In this document: positions 52,594-62,415 of the stretch, in pieces
Layout of the letters: each line of letters begins with the position of its first letter
Numbering within the stretch: position 1 is the stretch's first letter
From: an uncultured Pseudohongiella sp.
Lineage (GTDB): Bacteria; Pseudomonadota; Gammaproteobacteria; Pseudomonadales; Pseudohongiellaceae
Reading direction: 5' to 3'
Length of the DNA: 64,000 nucleotides
Assembly (NCBI GenBank): GCA_964592245.1
Contig: CAZQFA010000011.1
Location: forward strand, 2,353-66,352
The notes under the pieces: model-generated
What the model saw: the letters and a program-made list of their open reading frames with translations, nothing else
What the model was told of the DNA's origin: nothing
Database searches by the model: none
Translations under genes and position numbers: made by a program

Positions 52594-53123
52594 TAGCGGC
52601 TCACTCCCTGAGGTTGTGGCAGAGTCTTGTTACGCACATAAAGGTCATTGATCCAGGACCGGGAAAAGTCGAACAGGGCATTGCAGTCCACTTCGAGATT
52701 CTCCTGGAAGCGGCCATGGCTGAGGGCGTTGGCGAGTGCTTCATCCAGGGTGGCGCTGCTGGCATTATCACGAATAAAGCTTATCCAGCGCTCGCCACTG
52801 AGGCTGGCGACGTTATCCTGAGGGAAATGCACCATGGCGACCCGGCGCAGGACAGAATTTGCCTCGTTGACAAAGCGTAATTTGGCACTACCAGCGGCGT
52901 CGCTGCTCTCGGCGTAATACTGATAACAGCGATCCAGCTCGGCCAGGGCGTGCTGGCGGACCTGACGTTGTTGTGCATTCAGCCAGTAGAGCCGACCCAA
53001 ATAGGCGGCACCCAGCAAAACCAGTGCTGCCAGTACCCACCAGCCGGGCGCGAGCGGCCACCAACTGACGGCAGCTGGCATATGGATATCTGCCAATTGT
53101 GCTAGGAGTTCTTCGCTATCCAT
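52593..53123 (-). CDS. DUF4381 domain protein
   Basis: 176 aa with characteristic start LADIHMPAAVSWWPLAPGWWVLA and a single TM helix. Typical position between DUF58 and batA. Confidence 0.75.
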   Translation of the reverse strand: MDSEELLAQLADIHMPAAVSWWPLAPGWWVLAALVLLGAAYLGRLYWLNAQQRQVRQHALAELDRCYQYYAESSDAAGSAKLRFVNEANSVLRRVAMVHFPQDNVASLSGERWISFIRDNASSATLDEALANALSHGRFQENLEVDCNALFDFSRSWINDLYVRNKTLPQPQGVSR

Positions 53124-54082
53124 TCTCTGATCTGTTCTACCACCAGTTCGTTGGTACGCATCTTGATCAAGCGTACCTGTAATTTGTCCAATTGTGATTC
53201 CAGCCGTGCCATGCGTTCATGGAATTGTTCGCGATAGCGACTGCGAATGCGGCTGTTATGCGTGTTGATTGCGCCTTTTTTGCTGCCGTCGGTGATCGAG
53301 TACAGGCCGGGGACGGGCAGTGACTCTTCCAGCGCGTCGTAGACGAAACAGCAAATGACGTTGTTGTGGCGAGACAGCTGATTGAGGTACTGAATCGCCT
53401 TGTCATCCAGCGTGACGAAATCAGAAATCACATAAAGTGTACTACCGGGCTTCGTGATACGGCGAATCTGCCCCAGCGCATGTGCCAGCCCCGGTTTGAA
53501 ATCGGGATCTACCGGCACCTGTGCTTGCGGATTCTTGATGTCCTGCAGGTGTTGATTGTACTGGTAGACCTGATTGAGCAAATGCAGGGCCGAACGGCGG
53601 CTGCGCTTGGGACGCACCAGCGCCGCATCCACGTCGGAAAATACCAAGCCACCGACGCGATCGCCATTATCTATAGCCAGCCAACAAAAAACTGCGGCAG
53701 CTTGAGCAGCAATGACGGACTTGAAGGCTACCTGAGAGCCAAAGTACATGTTGTGGGTCTGATCGACCGCGATAATGACGGGACGCTCCCGCTCTTCGCG
53801 GAATACCTTGGTGAAAGGTCGACTCGTACGAGCAGTGACACGCCAGTCAATCAGGCGGATATCATCGCCCGCCTGATAGGGACGAAACTCTTCGAAGTCG
53901 ATACCGCGACCGCGCATTTTCGACAGGTGCAATCCGGAGATCCCTGCTATTGAACGATATTGGGCGAGATATTCCAGTGTTTTCGCCGCATATCGCTGCA
54001 CCAGTAATTGTTGCAGGCTGATGGCGGCACCGCGCGCCTGATAGCGTGCGTGCTGGGGGTCAATTTGCAGTCTTGAAGACAT
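53102..54082 (-). CDS. DUF58 domain protein (module 2)
   Basis: 326 aa with DUF58 signature RGRGIDFEEFRPYQAGDDIRLIDWRVTART. Confidence 0.85.
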   Translation of the reverse strand: MSSRLQIDPQHARYQARGAAISLQQLLVQRYAAKTLEYLAQYRSIAGISGLHLSKMRGRGIDFEEFRPYQAGDDIRLIDWRVTARTSRPFTKVFREERERPVIIAVDQTHNMYFGSQVAFKSVIAAQAAAVFCWLAIDNGDRVGGLVFSDVDAALVRPKRSRRSALHLLNQVYQYNQHLQDIKNPQAQVPVDPDFKPGLAHALGQIRRITKPGSTLYVISDFVTLDDKAIQYLNQLSRHNNVICCFVYDALEESLPVPGLYSITDGSKKGAINTHNSRIRSRYREQFHERMARLESQLDKLQVRLIKMRTNELVVEQIREWIAKNS

Positions 54083-54100
54083 TGGCTGAGTCCGCCGCCG

Positions 54101-55075
54101 TTAAGCCGACGGGACGCGCTCGCGAATAGTCTCCAGCACCTTGTCCGGGGTGATACCGCCGGCCTCGGCTTCAAAGCTGAGCAGAATACGGTGGCGCAAA
54201 ACGTCAAACATAATTTCCTGAACATCGTCGGGGCTGACAAAATCACGGCCCTGAATCCAGGCATGGGCCCGAGCACAGCGGTCCAGTGAAATCGTGCCTC
54301 GGGGGCTGGCACCGAACTCCAGCCAGGAGGCGAGGTCGTCGCCGTAGACCTGAGGATTACGGGTAGCCATGATGATCTGGATGATATATTCCTCGACTTC
54401 CGGCGCCATGTGCATTTGCAGGATTTCCTGACGGGCGGCAAAGAGGTCTTCCTGCGCCACCTCTTTTGGAGGCTCGGGGATCTTGTTGGCCGCTTCATCG
54501 CGCACCAGATGGAGAATTTGCCGCTCTGCTTCCAGCGCCGGGTAGCCGATTGTCACGTGCATCAGGAAGCGGTCGAGCTGGGCTTCCGGCAGTGGGTAGG
54601 TACCTTCCTGCTCGATCGGATTTTGCGTCGCCATAACCAGGAACAATGGTGGCAGAGTGAATGATTCCCGGCCCACGCTCACCTGATGTTCGGCCATAGC
54701 CTCGAGCAGTGCCGATTGTACCTTCGCTGGTGCCCGGTTGATTTCGTCAGCCAGTACCAGATTGTGAAAGATGGGGCCTTGCTGGAAACGGAAGGAGCCG
54801 TCTTCCGGTCGGAACACTTCAGTACCCGTGATATCACTGGGTAACAAGTCGGGAGTAAACTGGATACGGTGGAAATCGCCTTCGATGGCGCGGGATAAAT
54901 CCTTGATTGCTTTCGTTTTCGCCAGTCCGGGAGCGCCCTCAACCAGCAAATGGCCATCGGCCAACAAGGCAATCAACAAGCGATCAAGTAAGCGCTCCTG
55001 ACCAATAATCTGATTCGATAACCAATTTTTGAGTTCTGTTATTATTGCGTGGTGGCTCATATCAAGATATCTCAC
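54101..55075 (-). CDS. MoxR-family AAA+ ATPase (module 2)
   Basis: 324 aa with Walker [32 protein letters not shown] and [24 protein letters not shown]. Confidence 0.9.
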   Translation of the reverse strand: MRYLDMSHHAIITELKNWLSNQIIGQERLLDRLLIALLADGHLLVEGAPGLAKTKAIKDLSRAIEGDFHRIQFTPDLLPSDITGTEVFRPEDGSFRFQQGPIFHNLVLADEINRAPAKVQSALLEAMAEHQVSVGRESFTLPPLFLVMATQNPIEQEGTYPLPEAQLDRFLMHVTIGYPALEAERQILHLVRDEAANKIPEPPKEVAQEDLFAARQEILQMHMAPEVEEYIIQIIMATRNPQVYGDDLASWLEFGASPRGTISLDRCARAHAWIQGRDFVSPDDVQEIMFDVLRHRILLSFEAEAGGITPDKVLETIRERVPSA

Positions 55076-55270
55076 TACTCTGAGGGGCGCTTTTAGAAGA
55101 AGACAGCGATTTTAAAGGTTTTCCCTTGGATGTCTAGGCGAACCTAAAACTTGAAAATAGCACTAATCCCTCACCTCAAACAGGGTGATATTCATCTGCA
55201 CTCGCGTTTTGCCGCAATAATCCCAAACTGCTCTAAACCAGAGCACTGATTCTATGGAGAGCAACACCCA

Positions 55271-58200
55271 ATGACCGAAAGAACTGCAGCCAATAATGTC
55301 CTGCTCCTACCGGTGCTGCAAAAAATTACAGAAAGTTACAGTGTGAAAAGAGCCGAACAGCTGAAACTCTTTGCACGAAAATATTTTGCCAGTTCGGCCA
55401 ATTCGTTATTGGCCAAAGCCGATGAAGATGACTTGTTTGAACAGGTACAGTCAGCCTGGCGCTTTATCCAGACACGCCAGTCAGTGGCACCGAAGATTGA
55501 ATTCAAACACCACACCGGGCAAAGCGGCGAATACTCCAGTGAAACACAAGTGTTGTTGCTGCTGAACGACATGCCGTTCGTGATCGATTCGATCCGGCAA
55601 TGCCTTAATCGCATGGGCGCGGTCATCCACCAGGTCAATAATGCCGTCATTCATTGCAAGCGCTCGCCACGCAAACAGGGAAAAGGCGGGCAACTGCAAG
55701 CGCTGGCAGAAGAGCAGAGCAAAGGTTTCAGAGGGGAAGCTTTCAGCAGTATCCGTTGTGCCTATTTGAGTGAGCAGCAGTGTGAGGAGATCGCCAAGGA
55801 AATCAAAGCGACTCTGAAACTGGTCAAAGCCGCCGTCGCGGATTTTCAGCCGATGGTGGCGCGTGCAGAGGAAGTGCGGCAAGCGCTATTGGACAACGCT
55901 GACGGTCAGCCAGTCTCCAGCGAAGAGTTAGAAGAAACCTGCGAGTTCATCAGCTGGCTGGTGAATAATCATTTTACCTTTCTCGGTTATGAGCAATATC
56001 GGCTTACCCATCGCGGCAAGTCGCGCACCATGCAATTGCAGCGTGATTCGCTGCTCGGGGTGTCACGCTACAAGCGGGAAATTAAAGAACGCGCCAAGCT
56101 CAGCGCACTGCCGGCCGGGACGGCGGAAGTCATCTTGCGGCAGCAGATATGCAGTTTTGCCAAATCTTCCATTCGCTCGAAAATCCATCGTCCGGCCTAC
56201 TACGATTATCTGCTGCTGAAAGAGTTCGATGACAAGGGTAACGTCGTCGTCGAGCATCGCTTTACCGGCCTGTATACCTCATCCGTGTACTACCGGCCAG
56301 CTATGGATATTCCCCTGGTACGGGCCAAGGTCGGCAATGTCATGAAGCGTTCAGGCTTCTCGCCAAACGGTCATAACAGCAAAGACTTGATGCAGGTGAT
56401 CAATGCCTTCCCGCGCGAAGAGTTATTCCAGATGTCGGCGGATCAGTTGTTCAGCACTGCCATGGAAATCACCCGTATTCAGGATACTCGCGCTTGCAAG
56501 TTGTTCGTGCGCAAGGATACCTACGGTAAATTTTTCTCCTGTCTGGCATACGTGCCAAGGGATATCTACACCACGCGAGTTCGGCAGAGCATACAGAAGC
56601 TATTGCAGGAACGGCTGCAAGCCACGGAAGTGGACTATAACGTTTTTCTCTCGGAATCCATGTTGGCGCGGGTGCATTTTATTGTTCGCGTGCCTGCTAT
56701 TCATCGCGTGCATTTCGATCAGGCTGAGCTCGAGCAAACCATGGCAAACCAGATCAAGCCCTGGGATGATTTCTTCATAGAGGCATTGCGGTCAAGCTAT
56801 GGCGAAACGGAAGCACACGCTATTCATATGACCTACGCAGACTGTTTTCCGACAGTCTATACCGATGCCTACAGTGCGAAAGAAGCGGTAGCCGATATCA
56901 GTCGAATTGAATCAGTGTTGGCGTCCGGGGAGTTGGCCTTGAAACTGGCTCCGTGTCATGGTGACAGCGGCGCGGAACTCCGCTTCAAAATATTCTCGTT
57001 ACAGAAACAGCTGATGCTGTCGGATGTGGATCCGATATTGGAAAACCTCGGTCTTAATATCATCAGCGAGAAAACAGTGAAGCTGACCGTGGTCGATGGC
57101 CGTCATGTCTGGCTGCATGATTTTTCGCTGTTCCGTAAACACAAGAACAGCAAGCTGGACGACGAGATCTTCGCGCGCTTCGAGGACGCTTTCCGCGCTA
57201 TTTGGAAAGGCCAGTGTGACGACGACGCTTTCAATGCGCTGGTCATCTCTGCCGGCATGCACTGGCGTGATGTGGCTTTGCTGCGAGCCTATGCTGCCTA
57301 TCTTAAGCAGATCCAGTTTGGATATGTGGCGAGCTTTATCGCCGAGACGCTGGTGCAACATCAGGGCATTACCCGTGACCTGCTGCAGTACTTCTATCTG
57401 CAGTTTGATCCCGAGCAGAAGGGCGCTTCCGAGCGCACAAGCAATCGTCTGCGCACACGCCTGCTGGCGAATATCGATGAGGTCGTCAATCTGGCAGAGG
57501 ACAGTGTGCTCCGTGCCATGCTCGAGCTGCTGGAAGCCACTTTGCGTAGCAACTTCTTTCAGCTTGATAGTGACGGCGAACCCAAGAGTTATTTTTCATT
57601 CAAGTTCAATCCGCAAGCGATTGAAGCAATGCCGCTACCCAAGCCACGCTATGAAATCTTCGTCTTTTCGCGCAGGGTGGAAGGTGTACATCTACGCGGC
57701 GGCAAGGTTGCGCGCGGCGGCCTGCGCTGGTCTGACCGCAGTGAAGATTACCGCACTGAAGTACTGGGTCTGGTGAAAGCACAACAAGTCAAGAACTCGG
57801 TCATTGTGCCGGTCGGGGCCAAGGGTGGGTTTATCGTCAAGGAATCCATGGTCGGCGTCGATCGCAAGCGCCAGATGGAAGTCGGTATAAGCTGCTACAA
57901 GACCTTCATCCGCGGTCTGCTGGATCTCACCGACAATGTAATTGAAGGGCGGGTCATCGGTCCGCCGGGCCTGCGTCATCATGATGAAGAAGATACCTAT
58001 CTGGTGGTAGCAGCTGACAAGGGAACTGCGACTTTCTCGGATATCGCCAATGAAGTCGCTGCAGACTATAACTTCTGGCTGGGCGACGGCTTCGCCTCCG
58101 GTGGCAGCTATGGTTATGACCACAAGGCCATGGGGATTACAGCGAAAGGCGCCTGGGTATCCGTGCAACGTCATTTTCGTGAACTCGGGGTCGACGTACA

Positions 58201-60127
58201 GCAAGAGGATTTCACAGTGCTTGGCATTGGCGACATGAGTGGCGACGTGTTTGGCAACGGCATGCTGCTGTCGAAACATATACAGCTGGTGGCTGCCTTT
58301 AACCATCGCCATATCTTTATCGATCCAACGCCTGATGCTGCTACCAGTTTCCACGAGCGACAACGGCTGTTCAAACTGCAAGGTTCAAGCTGGGCCGACT
58401 ATGACGGCAAACTTATCTCTGCTGGCGGTGGTGTGTTTGAGCGCAGCGCCAAGTCCATTGCCCTGTCTCCGCAAATGCGCGAGGCATTGCAGATCGACAA
58501 AGACAAGCTGACGCCCAATCAGTTGATTCATGAGTTGCTGCAAAGCCCGGTAGATTTGATCTGGAACGGTGGCATTGGTACCTACATCAAAGCGTCGAGC
58601 GAAGCACATTCGGATGTCGGCGATAAAACCAATGATTCATTGCGTGTGGATGCCAACAAGGTTCGCGCGCGGGTGATTGGTGAGGGCGGCAACCTCGGTC
58701 TGACGCAACGAGCGCGTATCGAGTACGGGTTGCATGGTGGTATATCGGTGACTGATTTTGTCGATAACTCGGCCGGCGTTGATTGTTCGGACCACGAGGT
58801 CAACATCAAGATCCTGCTGAATCGCCAGCTCAAGGAGTCCAGTCTGACCTTCAGCAAGCGCAACAGTTTATTGAAAGGCATGACCAAGGCGGTGGCTGAC
58901 CTTGTGCTGGATAACAATTATTCACAAGTGCAGGCTATCAGTCTGGCAAGTACCGATGCACGATTGCGGCACAAGGAATACGCTGATCTCATCAGTTTTC
59001 TGGAAGAACATGCCGGGCTCAATCGCAAGCTGGAATTTCTGCCTGCCAATGATGTGTTGGAGGAGCGAGCTGCCAAAGAGGAATACCTGACCCGCCCGGA
59101 AATTGCAGTGCTCACTTCCTATATGAAGATGTTGCTGAAGGCACGTCTCGTCGATGCCAGCTATATCGATGACGATTATCTCGAGCCATTCCTCTTCAGT
59201 GCATTCCCCCAGGAACTGGTGGAAAAACAAAAAGCAGCAGTTCGCTCTCATCCTCTGCGACGGCAGATCATCGCTACACAGATTGCCAATACGCTGGTGA
59301 ACCTGCTCGGTCCGAGCTTTATATACCGGATGGTGGAGTCTACTGCCTCGAGTATTGAGGAGGTGGTCAAGGCCACGCTCATCACGCGCGAGGCGTTCGC
59401 CATCGATGCGCTCTGGAGTGATCTGGAAGCGCTGGAGATGAAGATCTCAACGAGTGTGCAGATTGAAATGATGGCGCAATTGATTCGTCTGATGCGCCGG
59501 GTCACACGCTGGTTACTGCGTAATCGTCGGGGCGACTATGCGATTGCTGACGAAGTGCAGACGCTGGCGAAAGGCGTGAAGCAGGTGAGCAGAATGCTGC
59601 CTGATAAATTGCCACCTGATTACCAGTCGATGTACAACGCTCGCTATGAGCAGTTGCGCGAGGAAAAGGTGCCAGAAACAGTAGCGCATGCAGTTTGTCG
59701 CAGCGACTTTATCTTCTCGGCAAGCAGCTTCGTAGAAATTCAGCAAAGCACAGGTGAGAGTCTCGCCAAGGTGGTGGACATCTACTATGCCATTGGCGAG
59801 CAGCTGCAATTGAACTGGCTGGGCAAGATTATTAACCAGCTCCCTGTTACCAATTACTGGCAGGCACTGGCCCGGGAGACGTTTCTCGATGACCTGGCCT
59901 GGCAGCAGCGAGCGCTCAGCCGCAATGTGATTAATGACACGCGCTGCAACGGCGCAGCAGGCAAGCGCGTCGGCCAATGGATCGACCTGCACGGCGATGC
60001 CCTGTCGCGCACTGGCCAGATTCTTGGTCAATTGCAATCAGAAGCACAGCCAGACTACGCCATGTTCTCGGTGGCGCTACGTGAACTGTTGACTCTGGCG
60101 CAGATCACTGCGTCTCTGGCGCGTTGA
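55271..60127 (+). CDS. gdhB: NAD-specific glutamate dehydrogenase, large (about 180 kDa) class
   Basis: Single 1618-aa ORF. Catalytic core region GGLRWSDR, VPVGAKGGF, VVAADKGTATFSD, GDMSGDVFGNGML. Size and motifs fit the GdhB/Gdh4 class. Confidence 0.9.
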   Translation: MTERTAANNVLLLPVLQKITESYSVKRAEQLKLFARKYFASSANSLLAKADEDDLFEQVQSAWRFIQTRQSVAPKIEFKHHTGQSGEYSSETQVLLLLNDMPFVIDSIRQCLNRMGAVIHQVNNAVIHCKRSPRKQGKGGQLQALAEEQSKGFRGEAFSSIRCAYLSEQQCEEIAKEIKATLKLVKAAVADFQPMVARAEEVRQALLDNADGQPVSSEELEETCEFISWLVNNHFTFLGYEQYRLTHRGKSRTMQLQRDSLLGVSRYKREIKERAKLSALPAGTAEVILRQQICSFAKSSIRSKIHRPAYYDYLLLKEFDDKGNVVVEHRFTGLYTSSVYYRPAMDIPLVRAKVGNVMKRSGFSPNGHNSKDLMQVINAFPREELFQMSADQLFSTAMEITRIQDTRACKLFVRKDTYGKFFSCLAYVPRDIYTTRVRQSIQKLLQERLQATEVDYNVFLSESMLARVHFIVRVPAIHRVHFDQAELEQTMANQIKPWDDFFIEALRSSYGETEAHAIHMTYADCFPTVYTDAYSAKEAVADISRIESVLASGELALKLAPCHGDSGAELRFKIFSLQKQLMLSDVDPILENLGLNIISEKTVKLTVVDGRHVWLHDFSLFRKHKNSKLDDEIFARFEDAFRAIWKGQCDDDAFNALVISAGMHWRDVALLRAYAAYLKQIQFGYVASFIAETLVQHQGITRDLLQYFYLQFDPEQKGASERTSNRLRTRLLANIDEVVNLAEDSVLRAMLELLEATLRSNFFQLDSDGEPKSYFSFKFNPQAIEAMPLPKPRYEIFVFSRRVEGVHLRGGKVARGGLRWSDRSEDYRTEVLGLVKAQQVKNSVIVPVGAKGGFIVKESMVGVDRKRQMEVGISCYKTFIRGLLDLTDNVIEGRVIGPPGLRHHDEEDTYLVVAADKGTATFSDIANEVAADYNFWLGDGFASGGSYGYDHKAMGITAKGAWVSVQRHFRELGVDVQQEDFTVLGIGDMSGDVFGNGMLLSKHIQLVAAFNHRHIFIDPTPDAATSFHERQRLFKLQGSSWADYDGKLISAGGGVFERSAKSIALSPQMREALQIDKDKLTPNQLIHELLQSPVDLIWNGGIGTYIKASSEAHSDVGDKTNDSLRVDANKVRARVIGEGGNLGLTQRARIEYGLHGGISVTDFVDNSAGVDCSDHEVNIKILLNRQLKESSLTFSKRNSLLKGMTKAVADLVLDNNYSQVQAISLASTDARLRHKEYADLISFLEEHAGLNRKLEFLPANDVLEERAAKEEYLTRPEIAVLTSYMKMLLKARLVDASYIDDDYLEPFLFSAFPQELVEKQKAAVRSHPLRRQIIATQIANTLVNLLGPSFIYRMVESTASSIEEVVKATLITREAFAIDALWSDLEALEMKISTSVQIEMMAQLIRLMRRVTRWLLRNRRGDYAIADEVQTLAKGVKQVSRMLPDKLPPDYQSMYNARYEQLREEKVPETVAHAVCRSDFIFSASSFVEIQQSTGESLAKVVDIYYAIGEQLQLNWLGKIINQLPVTNYWQALARETFLDDLAWQQRALSRNVINDTRCNGAAGKRVGQWIDLHGDALSRTGQILGQLQSEAQPDYAMFSVALRELLTLAQITASLAR

Positions 60128-60128
60128 T

Positions 60129-60365
60129 ATGGAAGCTGATCTGCTTTTCTACACCACGCAGGGCTGCCATCTGTGCGAGCAGGCGGAAGCCTTGCTGGTG
60201 ACATTGATTAACGAGCGACAAGTCGTTGTGGAAGCAATTGATATCGCGGAGAGCGAAGAGCTGGTAGAACAATACGGCTTGCGCATACCTGTTGTGCAAG
60301 CCGTCGCCAGCAAGCAGGAGCTGGGCTGGCCATTCACCTATGCGGAGCTATTCAGCCTAGTTTGA
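60129..60365 (+). CDS. glutaredoxin-like thioredoxin-fold protein (DUF836-like)
   Basis: 78 aa with LLFYTTQGCHLCEQAE (CxxC) and a later IPVV motif. ATG lies 1 nt after the gdhB TGA. Confidence 0.75.
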   Translation: MEADLLFYTTQGCHLCEQAEALLVTLINERQVVVEAIDIAESEELVEQYGLRIPVVQAVASKQELGWPFTYAELFSLV

Positions 60366-61380
60366 TATGCCAGGGTTCGAAGCGCACACCGAACAGGTTG
60401 TCGGTGGGATAGCGAATATCGACATAGCCGAGGCCGGCAATCTTGCGATATTCGGCTGTAGCCGAGAAGTCTGCCGTGAAATTGCGCTCGCCGAAGCCTA
60501 CCTTGCCAATGTCAAAGTCGCCGACACCGTGGTAGGAGTGCCCGGGCGGGGCCAGCGAACGCGAAGCCCGCGAGAGATTGCCCTGGGCTTCAATTGTCTT
60601 GGCCAGGAACAGATGCATCTGCTTGACGTTGCTGCGTACACCGGAAGTCAGGATGACGCCGTCACCGACATCACGCTTGATCTGGTTGTAGAGGTTCAGC
60701 GATTCTCCTTTCAGCAGGAAGTGTCCGGAGCCGCTGATCTTGCTGACATCCTGACGCGGGATGGCATCAGTAATGTCTGTGCTGATCTTCTCGCCAAAAA
60801 AGCCGTAGCGATTGGGGTTGGCGAAAAACACTTCTTCAAGGAAATTCAGTTCTTCGGCAGAAAAGGCGCCAATGGCGGGGAAATTGCGACCCGCCCGCAG
60901 CATGTCGTCGAAACTCATCAGGTTGAAATTGCCGTGACCGATATAGGATTCAACCCGTGACAGATGTTGTGTGGTTTGCAGCAGCAGTTGTTCATAACTG
61001 CGATCAAGGTAAATGTCACTGGCGAAGATGGCATCGAAATTTCGAATCTTGCGCAGGTAGGTGGCGACATCGTCATCGCTGAGACTGGCCAGATCAAATC
61101 CGGATTGCACGGCAGTGGCCGGTGCCGGTTTCGGAATGCCCGCAGCCGGTAACGCCTGTTTGATTTCAATCGCGGTGAATTCAAAACCCTGTTCACCGCG
61201 CGGCGGCAGGGGCAAATTGTGCTTGGGCGATCCTGTTCCCGCTGCCGCTGCGGTCGCAGGTGAGGCTTTTTGCGGGGCGAGCGCGAGCGGTGCGCGGTTA
61301 ATCCGGCGCCACATATACTGGCCACCAAACGCCACGGTACTGGCAGTCAGGAAGCCTTCAAGGAATGCCCGTTTGTGCAA
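60352..61380 (-). CDS. peptidase M15 family (D-Ala-D-Ala carboxypeptidase/VanY-like) with possible Tat-type signal
   Basis: 342 aa. Zn-ligand motifs SYHGVGDFD and FEPWH. N-terminus HKRAFLEGFLTASTVAFGG resembles a Tat signal with KR in place of RR. TTG start. Confidence 0.75.
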   Translation of the reverse strand: MHKRAFLEGFLTASTVAFGGQYMWRRINRAPLALAPQKASPATAAAAGTGSPKHNLPLPPRGEQGFEFTAIEIKQALPAAGIPKPAPATAVQSGFDLASLSDDDVATYLRKIRNFDAIFASDIYLDRSYEQLLLQTTQHLSRVESYIGHGNFNLMSFDDMLRAGRNFPAIGAFSAEELNFLEEVFFANPNRYGFFGEKISTDITDAIPRQDVSKISGSGHFLLKGESLNLYNQIKRDVGDGVILTSGVRSNVKQMHLFLAKTIEAQGNLSRASRSLAPPGHSYHGVGDFDIGKVGFGERNFTADFSATAEYRKIAGLGYVDIRYPTDNLFGVRFEPWHIKLG

Positions 61381-61469
61381 AGTTTTTGTTCTATCTCAAG
61401 CCCTTGGCGCAATATAGCAAATTTACACCGGGCGGTTAATAGTCGAGGTGGTCCACCTTCTTGTATCAC

Positions 61470-62276
61470 TCAGGATTGCTCGGGGTTGAGACTCAAGCCA
61501 AACAATCGGCAGGCATTGGCGGTGGTGGCAGCCGCGATTTCTGCCTCTGACTGGCCACGGCACTGGGCAATCATGGCTACCACGGCCGGCAAGTATTTGG
61601 GTTCATTGCGGCGCGTCTTGGGTCGCGGGTGGATATTGCGTGGCAGCAGGTAAGGGGCATCAGTCTCAATCAGCAGGCGCTCCAAGGGTATTGCTTTGAC
61701 CGTCTCCTGCAGGTCGACGCCGCGACGTTCGTCACACACCCAGCCGGTGATGCCAATGTACATATCCAGCGCCAGATAGTCGTCCAGTGCCGCTCTGCTG
61801 TCGGTAAAACAGTGCACAACGCCTCCCGGTACGCTGCTGCGATGGGCGGCCAGCATTGGCAAGAAATCGACATGGGCATCGCGTTGATGCAGAAACAGGG
61901 GCTTTTGCAGCATTGCGGCCAGTTGCAGGTGCTTTTCGAAAACGGCAATCTGGTCTTCGCGCGGCGAGAAGTTACGATTAAAATCCAGACCGGTTTCGCC
62001 TACGGCCACTACCAGCTCGTCGGTGCTCAAGGCGGCCGCAGCCTGCAAGTCGGCGGCCGTCACCTGGGCAGCGATGTGGGGGTGAAAGCCTACCGTGCTA
62101 CGGAAATACTGCGGCCGCTCGGCCGAAAAATCGCGCGCCGCCTGACTGCTGGCCAGATCGGTGCCGGTTAACAGAATGTGTGCGACATCGGCGGCCTGGG
62201 CGGCAGCAACGACGGAGTCAAAATCCGGCGCGAAGGATTCATGGGTGAGATTGGCGCCGATATCGATTAATGGCAT
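61470..62276 (-). CDS. tatD: TatD-family metal-dependent hydrolase/DNase
   Basis: 268 aa with MPLIDIGANLTH start, GFHPH, ETGLDFNR, LFLHQRDA and ETDAPYL. Confidence 0.88.
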   Translation of the reverse strand: MPLIDIGANLTHESFAPDFDSVVAAAQAADVAHILLTGTDLASSQAARDFSAERPQYFRSTVGFHPHIAAQVTAADLQAAAALSTDELVVAVGETGLDFNRNFSPREDQIAVFEKHLQLAAMLQKPLFLHQRDAHVDFLPMLAAHRSSVPGGVVHCFTDSRAALDDYLALDMYIGITGWVCDERRGVDLQETVKAIPLERLLIETDAPYLLPRNIHPRPKTRRNEPKYLPAVVAMIAQCRGQSEAEIAAATTANACRLFGLSLNPEQS

Positions 62277-62415
62277 AGCGAGCAGGGTTACGACGGACAG
62301 ATCTGGCGAAAAGGCGAGAGTCTAGCGAAACTGCGTTGCAGCCACCAGCCGGCATGGCCAAATCTGGCTATTAATTGTGCAATCCTTGATAATACAACCG
62401 TTTACCCACCAGAAA

